DNA of 39,977 nucleotides from Thermoanaerobaculia bacterium (GCA_035546355.1 DATKEH010000131.1:1-39977), one strand, 5' to 3'. Positions 18,684 to 27,171 are shown, numbered from the stretch's first letter. Numbers and translations are program-made. The notes: generated from the letters alone by a model not told the origin.

Positions 18684-20402
18684 TCAGTCCACGGTCTCGC
18701 GGACGACCTCCTCGACCGACGTCATCCCCTGGCGGATCTTCTCCAGCCCGCTGGCGCGCAGGCTGACCATGCCGCGCTGCAGGGCCCGCTGGCGCAGCTC
18801 GAGGGAGCTGGCGCCGGCGAGCACCATCTCCTTCATGTCGTCGTCGAGCTCCATCACCTCGTAGAGGCCGATGCGCCCCTTGTAGCCGGTGTTGGAGCAA
18901 CGCTCGCAGCCCTTGCCGCGGAACAGACGGATGCGGCGCGCCTCGCCCTCGGTGAAGCCGATCGCGGTGAGGGCGCTCGGCGACTCGTCTATCGGCTCCT
19001 TGCAGTAGTTGCAGATCCGCCGCACCAGCCGCTGCGCCACCACCAGGTGGACCGAGGTGGCCACCAGGAAGGGCTCGACGCCCATGTTCATCAGGCGGCT
19101 GATCGACGAGGGCGCGTCGTTGGTGTGCAGGGTCGACAACACCAGGTGCCCGGTCATCGCCGCCTTGATGGCGACCTCCGCGGTCTCGAAGTCGCGGATC
19201 TCACCCACCAGGATGATGTTGGGGTCCTGGCGCAGGAACGAGCGCAGCGCGGCGGCGAAGTTGAGGCCGATCTGCTCCTTCATCTGCACCTGGTTGATGC
19301 CCGGCAGGTTGAACTCCACCGGGTCCTCGGCGGTGATGATGTTGGTGTCGATCTTGTTGACCCGCGACAGCGCCGAATACAGGGTGTTGGTCTTGCCCGA
19401 GCCGGTGGGCCCGGTGACCAGCACCATGCCGTAGGGCTTGAAGATCGCCCCCTCGAACTTGCGCAGCGACTCGGGCTCGAAGCCGAGACGCGTCAGGTCG
19501 AGCATCAGGTTGTCCTTGTCGAGCAGCCGCATGACGATCTTCTCGCCGAAGATCGTCGGCAGCACGCTGACCCGGTAGTCGAGGTCCTTGACGCGGCCCG
19601 AGATGCGGGTCTTGATCTTGATGCGCCCGTCCTGGGGCAGGCGTTTTTCGGCGATGTCGAGCTTGGCCATGATCTTGAGGCGGCTGGTGATGGCCTCTCG
19701 CAGGCGCAGCGGCGGGTGCATCATCTCGTACAGCAGCCCGTCGATGCGGTAGCGCACCCGCAGGTCCTTCTCGTACGGCTCGACGTGGATGTCGGAGGCG
19801 CCGCGCTTGATGGCGTCGGTCAGGATGATGTTGACCAGGCGCACCACCGGCGCCTCCTCCGACTCCTGCTCGAGCGCCGCGAGGTCGAGCTCCTCGTCCT
19901 CCTCCAGGACCTCGAGGTCGGTATCGTCCTCCTCGGCGAGGTCCTCCATCACCTTCTTGAGCTCGATGGCGTGGGTCGAGCCGTAGTAGCGCTCGATCGC
20001 CTCGCGCAGCGCGGTCTCGGCCGCCACCACCGGCTCGACGTTGTAGCCGGTCATGAACTTGATGTCGTCCATGGCGAAGACGTTGGTGGGGTCGAGCATG
20101 GCGATGGTGAGCTTGGCGCCCGCCTTGGAGATGGGGAGGATGGTGTACTTGCGGGCGACGTCGGCGGGGATGATCTTGATGATCGCCTCGTCGACCTCCA
20201 CCCGGTCGAGATTGACCGAGGGGACGCCGAAGTGCTTCGACAGCAGCTCGGTCAGCTTGTCCTCGGAGACGAAGCCGAGCTTGACGACGTTGGAGCCGAT
20301 GCGACCCCCCTCCTTCTTCTGGAGGTCGAGCGCATTCTGGAGCTGATCCTTGTTGATGGCCCCAGTCGAGACGAGCAGATCGCCCAGCTTGCTGCTACTC
20401 AT
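18684..20402 (-). CDS. pilB: Type IV pilus assembly ATPase PilB (GspE/PilB secretion ATPase family)
   Basis: 572 aa. N-terminal T2SSE_N/MshEN-like domain (LGDLLVSTGAINKDQLQNALDLQKK...), Walker A GPTGSGKTNT, Asp/His boxes and a tetracysteine motif CNYCKEP...CERCSNTGYKGR. Confidence 0.9.
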   Translation of the reverse strand: MSSSKLGDLLVSTGAINKDQLQNALDLQKKEGGRIGSNVVKLGFVSEDKLTELLSKHFGVPSVNLDRVEVDEAIIKIIPADVARKYTILPISKAGAKLTIAMLDPTNVFAMDDIKFMTGYNVEPVVAAETALREAIERYYGSTHAIELKKVMEDLAEEDDTDLEVLEEDEELDLAALEQESEEAPVVRLVNIILTDAIKRGASDIHVEPYEKDLRVRYRIDGLLYEMMHPPLRLREAITSRLKIMAKLDIAEKRLPQDGRIKIKTRISGRVKDLDYRVSVLPTIFGEKIVMRLLDKDNLMLDLTRLGFEPESLRKFEGAIFKPYGMVLVTGPTGSGKTNTLYSALSRVNKIDTNIITAEDPVEFNLPGINQVQMKEQIGLNFAAALRSFLRQDPNIILVGEIRDFETAEVAIKAAMTGHLVLSTLHTNDAPSSISRLMNMGVEPFLVATSVHLVVAQRLVRRICNYCKEPIDESPSALTAIGFTEGEARRIRLFRGKGCERCSNTGYKGRIGLYEVMELDDDMKEMVLAGASSLELRQRALQRGMVSLRASGLEKIRQGMTSVEEVVRETVD

Positions 20403-20454
20403 GGTTCACCGAGGCGCGCAGTCTAGCAGCAGGCAGTCGGACCGCAAGTGGTTC

Positions 20455-21294
20455 TCACCCACCGCCGGCGGCGCCGATCGGCGGCGCGGCCACGCCCGGA
20501 GTCGGGGTTACGCGGTAGTCCACCAGCCGGGCGGTGATGGCGCCGATCGGCAGGCTCGATCGGAGCAGCAGCGGCAGGCGGTTGGCGTCGTCGGAGAGCC
20601 AGATCCACACCCGGCCCCGCTGGGCGAACACCCCCTCGTACTCCTGGTGCGGCTCGATCTTGAGCGCGGCCCGGTCGCCGAACGGGGTGGCGATCCGCTC
20701 CCGCGACAGCACGTCGACGCGCAACCCGTAGTTCTTGCCGCCGGCGTGGACGTCGAGCCGTTCGCTGGTTCCCGGCTCCAGGCGTAGCGTGCGAACGAAG
20801 TAGAAGGCGGAGAGCGTGTCGAGCACGTCCGGCGGCGTCGGCACCGCCCGGCCCTCGAAGCGGGCCAGCTCCTGCGCCGGGTCGAAGTCCACCAGCTCGT
20901 GGGATCGCTTGCGCCCCTCCCGCAGGTGCTTCTCGAAGCGCAGGCTGCGGAACCGCCGGGCGTCGATCCACGAGACCAGGCGGTCGTCCACCGGGAAGAT
21001 GCGGGAGAAGAACGGCGTCGAGACGGCACGGGTGCTGAGGCGGTAGGCGGGGGTGCCGGCGAAGCTCGTCGGCGGCTCGACGCGCATGGTGGCGGTGCCG
21101 GCGACGATCCCCAGCCAGGACAGCTCGAAGCGCAGCTCCTCGCCGCCGGCGAAGGGCGCCGGGCGACCCCCCCGCGCCGCCTCGGCCGCGTCCGCCGCCG
21201 CCACCGTCAGAGCGGCGGCGGCGAGGGCGAGGCGGAGCGCAGCGAGGACAGGGCGTGAGCGGCCACCAGGGAGGGCGGGATTTCGAGCAGGCAC
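20455..21294 (-). CDS. Secreted DUF3108-like protein
   Basis: 279 aa, GTG at 21294..21292, signal peptide LAALRLALAAAALTVAAADA. The pattern ELRFELSWLGIVAGTATMRVEP...YRLSTRAVSTPFFSRIFPVDDRLVSWID matches my recollection of DUF3108. The family call is from memory only. Confidence 0.5.
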   Translation of the reverse strand: MPARNPALPGGRSRPVLAALRLALAAAALTVAAADAAEAARGGRPAPFAGGEELRFELSWLGIVAGTATMRVEPPTSFAGTPAYRLSTRAVSTPFFSRIFPVDDRLVSWIDARRFRSLRFEKHLREGRKRSHELVDFDPAQELARFEGRAVPTPPDVLDTLSAFYFVRTLRLEPGTSERLDVHAGGKNYGLRVDVLSRERIATPFGDRAALKIEPHQEYEGVFAQRGRVWIWLSDDANRLPLLLRSSLPIGAITARLVDYRVTPTPGVAAPPIGAAGGG

Positions 21295-22265
21295 GCCTTG
21301 GTCTCTCCGAATCGTTTATAGCAGAAGCTGCACGGCAGCCTGCGCCACAGAGCGCGCTCGGGAGCGCCGTAGGGGCCGTGCCGCGCGGGATCGGTGGGCC
21401 CCATGACCGCCAGCACCGGCGTGCCGAGGGCGTGGGCGAGGTGCAGCGGCCCGGTGTCGCCGCCGAGCACCAGGCGGGCGTCGCGCAGGGCCGCCACCAG
21501 CGTGGGCAGCGCCGGCGCGTGGAGGGGCCGGGCAGCGCCCCTGCTGGCCGCCACCACCGCCGCGGCGAGCGGCTCTTCGCCGGGCCCGGCGAGCACCCCG
21601 CACGCCCCTGCCGCCCCGGCGGCGATGCGCACCGCCACCTCGCCCCACCAGGCCGGCGGGTAGCGCTTGTTGCCCCAGGCCGCGCCCGGTTGGATCAGCA
21701 CCTGGGCTGCCGCGGGGTCGAGCCTCTGCGCCGCGGCGGTGGCGGCAGGGTGTGGCGGGATCCGTTCGCCGGCGAAATCGGCCGCCAGCGCCGTCACTCC
21801 GAGAGGTGCGACCAGCGACAGCGCCCGGTCGACGGCGTGGGTGCCGGCGAGCGCCACCGGCTGGTCGATCCAGGCGGCGCTGGAGGGCTCCCGGCGGTCC
21901 GCCCGCCGGGCGCCGAGCCGGCGCGGCGCGCCGGAGAGCAGCGCCAGCAGGCCGCTCTTGTGGCTCCCCATCAGGTCGACGGCGACATCGGCCCGGAAGG
22001 CGCGCAGCGACCGCACCGCCCGGCGTACCTCGCGCCGGGTCGGCGCGGCGAGCGGCGCATGGCGCCAGCCGCGCAGCCGCACCGGGATCACCTCGTCGAC
22101 GTGGCCGGTGACCAGGGGCGCGAAGGCCTCCTCGATCACCCACCCCAGCCTGGCCTGGGGCAGGGCCCGGCGCAGCGCCACGGCCACCGGCAGGGAATGG
22201 ACCACGTCCCCGAGGGCGCTGGTGCGGATCAGCAGCAGCCGGGGCGCCCGGTCGGCGGCGCTCAC
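21207..22265 (-). CDS. Glycosyltransferase family 9 (LPS heptosyltransferase), 352 aa
   Basis: Frame of ORF 21207..22805, trimmed to GTG 22265..22263. That start forms a GTGA overlap with the hldC stop. N-terminus RLLLIRTSALGDVVHSLPV, middle LGGDTGPLHLAHALGTPVLAVMGPTDP, C-terminal CSFC...C motif. Confidence 0.85.
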   Translation of the reverse strand: MSAADRAPRLLLIRTSALGDVVHSLPVAVALRRALPQARLGWVIEEAFAPLVTGHVDEVIPVRLRGWRHAPLAAPTRREVRRAVRSLRAFRADVAVDLMGSHKSGLLALLSGAPRRLGARRADRREPSSAAWIDQPVALAGTHAVDRALSLVAPLGVTALAADFAGERIPPHPAATAAAQRLDPAAAQVLIQPGAAWGNKRYPPAWWGEVAVRIAAGAAGACGVLAGPGEEPLAAAVVAASRGAARPLHAPALPTLVAALRDARLVLGGDTGPLHLAHALGTPVLAVMGPTDPARHGPYGAPERALWRRLPCSFCYKRFGETKACLLEIPPSLVAAHALSSLRSASPSPPPL

Positions 22266-22750
22266 CCCGACAGCGCCTGGATCTTGCGGATCTTGGCGAT
22301 CAGGCCGCTGGTGGCGTGGTCCTTGGGGTCGCCGACCAGCGCCGTGCGACCGCCGTAGGATCGCACCACGTCGTGCTCGGGCACCTTCTCGGGCGCGGCG
22401 TAGTCGGGGCCCTTGCAGTGCACGTCGGGCCGCAGCCGGTCGATCAGGTCGCGCGGCGAGTCGCCGGGGAAGACCACCACCAGGTCCACCGGCGCCAGGG
22501 CCGCCAGCAGCTCGGCGCGCTCGGCGGCCGGCACCAGCGGTCGCCCCTCTCCCTTCAGCCGCGTCACCGAGGCATCGTCGTTGATGCCGACCACCAGCAC
22601 GTCCGCCTCGGCGCGGGCGGCGCGCAGGTAGCGCAGGTGGCCGACGTGCAAGAGGTCGAAGTGGCCGTTGGCGAAGGCGATGCTCTTGCCCTGGCGGCGC
22701 AGCTCCGCCGCCCGCGCCAACAGCTCGGCCCGCTCTACGATCTCTCCCAC
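22262..22750 (-). CDS. hldC: D-glycero-beta-D-manno-heptose 1-phosphate adenylyltransferase (RfaE domain II as a separate protein)
   Basis: 162 aa. Cytidylyltransferase fold motifs: FANGHFDLLHVGHLRYLRAA, VVGINDDASV and CKGPDY. Confidence 0.88.
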   Translation of the reverse strand: MGEIVERAELLARAAELRRQGKSIAFANGHFDLLHVGHLRYLRAARAEADVLVVGINDDASVTRLKGEGRPLVPAAERAELLAALAPVDLVVVFPGDSPRDLIDRLRPDVHCKGPDYAAPEKVPEHDVVRSYGGRTALVGDPKDHATSGLIAKIRKIQALSG

Positions 22751-23799
22751 CGCAGCTCCTCCAGGGGATGGGGGTCGCTCGCCACCGCGTCCCGCAGCTC
22801 GTCACGGGTGAGGGTGGCGGTGCCCCGCTTCATCACCACGATGCCGCCGGCGTAGTTGGCGAGCAGCGCGGCCTCCAGCGGGTCGCCGCCGGCGGCGAGC
22901 GCCAGGGCGAAGGTGCCGATGACCGTGTCGCCGGCGCCGGTGACGTCGGCCACCTGATCGGTGCCGTGCACCGGCACGTGCACCGCCCCGCCGCGGCGGA
23001 ACAGCGACATGCCGAGGCTGCCCCGCGTCACCAGCAGGAAACGCGAGCCCACCCGCTCCAGGAGGCGCTCGCCGGCGTGCCGCAGACCGGCGGCATCCTC
23101 CCCCAGGGGGGCGCCGAGCAGCGTCTCGGCCTCCTCCTCGTTGGGGGTGGCGCCGTCGAGGCCGCGGAAGTGTGCCAGACGGTAGCGGCTGTCGCACAGC
23201 ACCGTGCCTTCGGGGCCGACCGCCGCGCGGCAGTCGGCGACCAGCTCGGGCTCGACGGCGCCGTAGCCGTAATCCGACAACACGGCCACCGGCGCCTGCC
23301 CCGCCCAGTCGGCCAGCCGCTGGCGCAGGAAGGCGCGGTCGTCGTCGCCGAGGCTCAGCGGCCCCTCGACGTCGTAGCGCACCACCTGCTGCTTGATGGC
23401 ATGCCGGTGGCCGGCCAGGATGCGGACCTTGGTCGGGGTGCGGAAGCCGGGCCGACGGCGGATGCCTTCGGTGGTGACCCCCAGCGCCGCCAGGGCGGTG
23501 AGCAGCTCGGCGCCGCTGGCGTCGTCTCCCACCACTCCCAGGGGCAGCGGCCGCCCGCCCAGCGCCGCGACGTTGGCGACGGCGTTGGCGCCGCCGCCGG
23601 GGAGCAGCTCTTCGTGCTCGAACCGCAGGATGAGGACGGGCGCCTCGCGGCTGATCCGCTTCGGCGCGCCGGTGACGAAGCGGTCGGCCACCAGGTCGGC
23701 CAGCATCAGTACCGGCTGGCCGGCCATGGCCGCGATCAGCTCGAGGAGGCGCTGGGGCGAGGGGGACGGTGGCACGGGCCGCGATTGTACGGCCTTCAC
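22735..23799 (-). CDS. hldA: D-glycero-beta-D-manno-heptose 7-phosphate kinase (RfaE domain I, PfkB family)
   Basis: 354 aa, GTG at 23799..23797. Motifs VLMLADLVADRFVTG, GGGANVA.NVAALGG and the PfkB C-terminal motif DVTGAGDTVIGTFALAL. Overlaps the hldC start by 16 bp. Confidence 0.85.
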   Translation of the reverse strand: MKAVQSRPVPPSPSPQRLLELIAAMAGQPVLMLADLVADRFVTGAPKRISREAPVLILRFEHEELLPGGGANAVANVAALGGRPLPLGVVGDDASGAELLTALAALGVTTEGIRRRPGFRTPTKVRILAGHRHAIKQQVVRYDVEGPLSLGDDDRAFLRQRLADWAGQAPVAVLSDYGYGAVEPELVADCRAAVGPEGTVLCDSRYRLAHFRGLDGATPNEEEAETLLGAPLGEDAAGLRHAGERLLERVGSRFLLVTRGSLGMSLFRRGGAVHVPVHGTDQVADVTGAGDTVIGTFALALAAGGDPLEAALLANYAGGIVVMKRGTATLTRDELRDAVASDPHPLEELRWERS

Positions 23800-23902
23800 G
23801 CGGGACTCCGGCTCGGACCGCCCCAGGCCAGGGCGAGGCTAGGGCCCCCGAGGCACGACTCGCAAGCCCCTCTGGGCCCCTCTTCCCCGAGGCGAAGCCT
23901 CG

Positions 23903-24796
23903 TCACACCCACTCACGGGGGGTGCGCAGCACGGCCAACGTCGCCGCCTCGGCGCTCCCCGGCTCCGGCTCGTGGCCGTACTCCCAGCGCGCCGACAGCG
24001 GCAGCGACATGAGGATGCTCTCCACCCGGCCGCCGGTGCGCAGCCCGAACCGGGTGCCGCGGTCGTACATCAGGTTGAACTCCACGTAGCGGCCGCGGCG
24101 CAGGCCCTGCCAGCGCAGCTCCCGCTCGCCGTACGGTCTGTCGAGGCGGCGCTCGAGGATCGGCAGGTAGCCGTCGAGGAAGCTGTCGGCGCAGTCGGTG
24201 ACGAAGGCGAGGAGGGACTCGGGATCGCGATCGCGCAGCTCGTCGAAGAAGATCCCCCCGACGCCGCGCCGCTCGCCGCGATGGGCGAGGGTGAAGTACT
24301 CGTCGCACCAGCGCTTGAAGCGGGGGTAGAAGGCGGGGTCGTGGCGCCCGCAGGCCGCCGCCAGCACGCCGTGGAAGTGGCAGGCGTCGTCGTCGAAGAG
24401 GTACACCGGCGTCAGGTCGCTGCCGCCGCCGAACCACCACCTGCCCGAGTCGAGCTCGAAGTAGCGGTAGTTGCAGTGGATGGTGGGCACCCAGGGGCTG
24501 CGGGGATGGATGACCAGCGACAGGCCGACGGCAGTGAACCCCAGCGGGCCGGTGGGGAGGTCCTCCTTGGGCAGCATCACCCGGATCGCCTCCTCCCCGA
24601 GAGTGCCGCAGACGGCCGCCACGTTGACCCCTGCCTTGTCGAAGGTGGTGCCGCCCTGCAGCACCCGGCTCGTCCCGCCGCCGCCCTCGCCATGTCGCCA
24701 GGCGTCCTCCTGGAACCGCGCCTTCTCGTAGGCTTCTAGCGCCGCGCAGATGGTGGTCTGAGCCCGACGCACCATGGCGTGCATCCGCTCGGGCAT
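23903..24796 (-). CDS. hemF: Oxygen-dependent coproporphyrinogen III oxidase
   Basis: C-terminal 297 codons of ORF 23903..25384, ATG at 24796..24794. Conserved blocks: GGGGTSRVLQGG..F.KAGVNVA, SLVIHPRSPWVPTIHCNYRYFE, WWFGGGSDLTP, RGERRGVGGIFFD, YVEFNLMYDRGTRFGL. Confidence 0.93.
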   Translation of the reverse strand: MPERMHAMVRRAQTTICAALEAYEKARFQEDAWRHGEGGGGTSRVLQGGTTFDKAGVNVAAVCGTLGEEAIRVMLPKEDLPTGPLGFTAVGLSLVIHPRSPWVPTIHCNYRYFELDSGRWWFGGGSDLTPVYLFDDDACHFHGVLAAACGRHDPAFYPRFKRWCDEYFTLAHRGERRGVGGIFFDELRDRDPESLLAFVTDCADSFLDGYLPILERRLDRPYGERELRWQGLRRGRYVEFNLMYDRGTRFGLRTGGRVESILMSLPLSARWEYGHEPEPGSAEAATLAVLRTPREWV

Positions 24797-24880
24797 GGTC
24801 GGTGAGCCCACGGCGGGATTGTACCGAGCGGCGGTCGACAGCGGCGCCGCGCTCGGACGCAGCTGCCCTATGATCCCGGG

Positions 24881-25309
24881 ATGGCGCAGCTCCACCCATG
24901 GCTGGCCCCGGCCCTGCTCGTGTCCCTGGCGGTCGCGGCCTGTGCCGGGCGCGGCGAGCCGGCCGCGGACGGCGAGAGCGCCCCTCCGGTCGCTACCGCC
25001 GAGGAGGCCGAGCCGACGCCGGCGCCGCCGGCCGTGCCCGAGGCCCTGCGCTGCGCCGCTGCCGGCGACTGCGCGCTGTCGCAGCTCCCGCGCCCGGTAG
25101 CGGCGGCGAGCGACTGCTACTGCCCCACCTGTCCGCAATCCGCCAACGCCGCCGTGACGGCGGCGCACCAGGCCTCCTGGCAGGCGATCTGCGCCGGCGC
25201 CTGGGAGGAGGCCAACCGCTGCGCGGCGCCGATGTGCCCTCCTCTTCCCGGCCGACTCGAATGCGGCGACGGGCGCTGCGCCTTGGCGGTGGAGCAGAGC
25301 GGTGGCTGA
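24881..25309 (+). CDS. Cys-rich lipoprotein, hypothetical (142 aa)
   Basis: ATG at 24881. Lipobox LAVAAC, an acidic Pro/Ala linker, then a roughly 75-aa domain with 10 Cys (RC..DC, DCYCPTC, IC, RC..MC, EC..RC). Its stop overlaps the next gene's GTG start by 8 bp. Confidence 0.55.
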   Translation: MAQLHPWLAPALLVSLAVAACAGRGEPAADGESAPPVATAEEAEPTPAPPAVPEALRCAAAGDCALSQLPRPVAAASDCYCPTCPQSANAAVTAAHQASWQAICAGAWEEANRCAAPMCPPLPGRLECGDGRCALAVEQSGG

Positions 25310-25532
25310 GCGGTCGCGAGGCGAGTGGGGCGCCCGCGGCGCCCTGCAGGTGCTGGCCCTGGCGTTCCTGTTCCCCGTCGCCACCTATCTCGGCTTCCGG
25401 GTCGGCGCCTGGGTGGGGAGCCGGATCGGGGCCCCCACCGCGGGCGGGATCGTCGGCGGCTTGTTGGGGGCGGCGGCGGGCTTCTGGGAGCTCTACCGCG
25501 TGCTGACCGCCAGCCGGGAAGCCGGAAACTGA
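25302..25532 (+). CDS. atpZ: AtpZ/ATPase_gene1-like small membrane protein (putative F0F1 accessory subunit)
   Basis: 76 aa, GTG at 25302. Two hydrophobic helices (VLALAFLFPVATYLGFRVGAWVG / GGIVGGLLGAAAGFWELY). Position is immediately upstream of atpI-atpB-atpE. Confidence 0.6.
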   Translation: MAERSRGEWGARGALQVLALAFLFPVATYLGFRVGAWVGSRIGAPTAGGIVGGLLGAAAGFWELYRVLTASREAGN

Positions 25533-25537
25533 CCGGC

Positions 25538-25945
25538 GTGCAGCCGGCTGGCGGCGGCGGTGAGGCGCTCGCCGGCGTCGGCAGCCTGCGGCGGGCGAAC
25601 GGGGTGGCGATGCTTCTCGCCGGGCTCGGCGCAGCGGGCTTTCTGGTCGCGGGCGAGTCGCGAGCGGCGCTCGCCTTGACAGCCTCCGCGGGCGTCAGTA
25701 TCGTTGGCTTCCGCGGGCTGGAGGGTGTGGTGCGGCGACTCCAGGTGGCCCCGGACGGGGGTCCAGGAGTCGGCGTGTGGCGCTTCCTGCTCAGGCTCCT
25801 GCTGCTCCCGGTCCTCATCACGGCTCTGCTCCTGGTCTTCCGCGACCTCCTCGCCGTGATCCTCGGGCTCACGGCGCTGCCGCTGGCCCTGATCGTCGAG
25901 GCCGGGATCCAGCTCGTCGCGCTCCGCTCCAGGAAACACCGCTGA
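25538..25945 (+). CDS. atpI: ATP synthase protein I-like membrane protein
   Basis: Frame of ORF 25325..25945. GTG 25538 proposed (ATG 25610 is an alternative). About four hydrophobic helices. The stop is 1 nt before the atpB ATG. Confidence 0.55.
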   Translation: MQPAGGGGEALAGVGSLRRANGVAMLLAGLGAAGFLVAGESRAALALTASAGVSIVGFRGLEGVVRRLQVAPDGGPGVGVWRFLLRLLLLPVLITALLLVFRDLLAVILGLTALPLALIVEAGIQLVALRSRKHR

Positions 25946-25946
25946 G

Positions 25947-26672
25947 ATGGAACATCATCACTCGATCGTCTACGGCCCGGTCAACGCGCTGTGGGACTGG
26001 CTGCTCGCGCTCCTCGGCCTGGAGCAGCGCTGGGGGCACGTCGAGGTGCCGGACCACGTGGCGATGTCGCTGTTCGTGGTGGCGCTGCTCGCCGCGGTGT
26101 TCATCCCGCTGGCGCGGACCTTCCGCGAGGAGGAGCCGGGGCGATTCCAGCTCTTCCTCGAGCAGCTGGTGCAGGGATTGCGGGGGATGATCGACGAGCA
26201 GGTGGGGCACGGCGCCGCCGACCGCTACCTGAGCGTGATCGGCGCCTTCACGCTGTTCATCTTCGTCGGCAACATCTGCGGCCTGTTCTTCTTCCTGGTG
26301 CCGCCGACGCAGAACGTCAACGTCACCTTCGGCCTCGCCTTCGTCTCGTTCTTCCTCTACAACATCATCGGCTTCCGCCGCCACGGGCTGCGCTACTTCA
26401 AGCACTTCCTGGGGCCCATCTGGTGGCTGGCGCCGCTGTTCGTGGTGGTCGAGCTGGTGTCGCACAACGCCCGCTGGCTGTCGCTCGGGCTTCGCCTCTT
26501 CGGCAACATGACCGGCGAGCACATGGTCGCCGGGGTCTTCAACAACCTGGTGCCGCTGCTCGCGCCGCTGCCGATCATGGCGCTCGGAGCCTTCGCGGCG
26601 ATCATCCAGACCTTCATCTTCATCATGCTAACGACGGTGTACATCGCCGGGGCCGAGGCGGAGGAGCACTAA
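25947..26672 (+). CDS. atpB: F0F1 ATP synthase subunit a
   Basis: 241 aa. Conserved essential-Arg region LSLGLRLFGNMTGEHMV and C-terminal helices IQTFIFIMLTTVYI. Confidence 0.93.
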   Translation: MEHHHSIVYGPVNALWDWLLALLGLEQRWGHVEVPDHVAMSLFVVALLAAVFIPLARTFREEEPGRFQLFLEQLVQGLRGMIDEQVGHGAADRYLSVIGAFTLFIFVGNICGLFFFLVPPTQNVNVTFGLAFVSFFLYNIIGFRRHGLRYFKHFLGPIWWLAPLFVVVELVSHNARWLSLGLRLFGNMTGEHMVAGVFNNLVPLLAPLPIMALGAFAAIIQTFIFIMLTTVYIAGAEAEEH

Positions 26673-26740
26673 CCCCCCCCTTCCGCTCCCCGCCGGGATG
26701 GCACGTCCGGCGACCCACCGACAACCAGAGGAGTGCAGAA

Positions 26741-27070
26741 ATGACAGGTCGACGGATCCTCGTGTTGGGGTTCCTGCTGCTCGCCATCGTCGCCGCTCCG
26801 GCCGTCGCCGCCCAGGCCCCGGACGCCGCGGCGCCCGCCGCCCAGGCCCTGGACCTGGGAATCCTCGGCGCTGCCTTCGCCATCGGCATCGCCGCCGCCG
26901 GCGGTGCGCTCGGTCAGGGCAAGGCGGTGTCCTCGGCCTGCTCGGCCATGGCCCGCAACCCGGGTGCGGCGGCCAACATCCGCTTCGCCCTCATCCTCGG
27001 CCTGGCGCTCATCGAGTCCCTGGTGCTCTACGCGCTGCTCATCGCCATGCGCGGCGCCGGCATCTTCTGA
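26741..27070 (+). CDS. atpE: F0F1 ATP synthase subunit c with an N-terminal signal-peptide-like extension (109 aa)
   Basis: Frame of ORF 25991..27070. ATG 26741 is preceded by GGAG. Core hairpin: GAAFAIGIAAAGGALGQGKA...ARNPGAA...LILGLALIESLVLYALLIA, with the carboxylate Glu in IESLV. About 35 extra N-terminal residues: MTGRRILVLGFLLLAIVAAPAVAAQA. Confidence 0.88.
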   Translation: MTGRRILVLGFLLLAIVAAPAVAAQAPDAAAPAAQALDLGILGAAFAIGIAAAGGALGQGKAVSSACSAMARNPGAAANIRFALILGLALIESLVLYALLIAMRGAGIF

Positions 27071-27096
27071 GACCCCGTCGCGACCGGGCTTCACAG

Positions 27097-27124
27097 GGCG
27101 TCCTCCACGGGGGACGCCTTTTCC
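27097..27124 (+). terminator. Rho-independent terminator after atpE
   Basis: GGCGTCC (27097..27103) pairs with GGACGCC (27112..27118) around an 8-nt loop, followed by TTTTCC. Confidence 0.7.
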
Positions 27125-27156
27125 GTGTCCGCCGGCAGCGGGCCCGGGCAAGCGAA

Positions 27157-27171
27157 TGGCACGTCTCGTGC
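27157..27171 (+). promoter_or_regulatory. Sigma-54 (-24/-12) type promoter upstream of the ECF sigma factor gene
   Basis: TGGCACG-TCTC-GTGC, against the consensus TGGCACG-N4-TTGC. It is 26 nt upstream of ATG 27197. The predicted start site near 27183 lies just before the GAGGGAG Shine-Dalgarno sequence. Confidence 0.55.

Noticed and set aside
25302-27070. Possibility that atpZ-I-B-E belongs to an N-type (Na+) ATPase operon
   Set aside because: N-ATPase operons have the order atpDCQRBEFAG. Here no beta/epsilon genes precede the cluster, no atpF/A/G follow it, and a clean terminator comes after atpE. This is more consistent with an ordinary F-type operon split into two loci.
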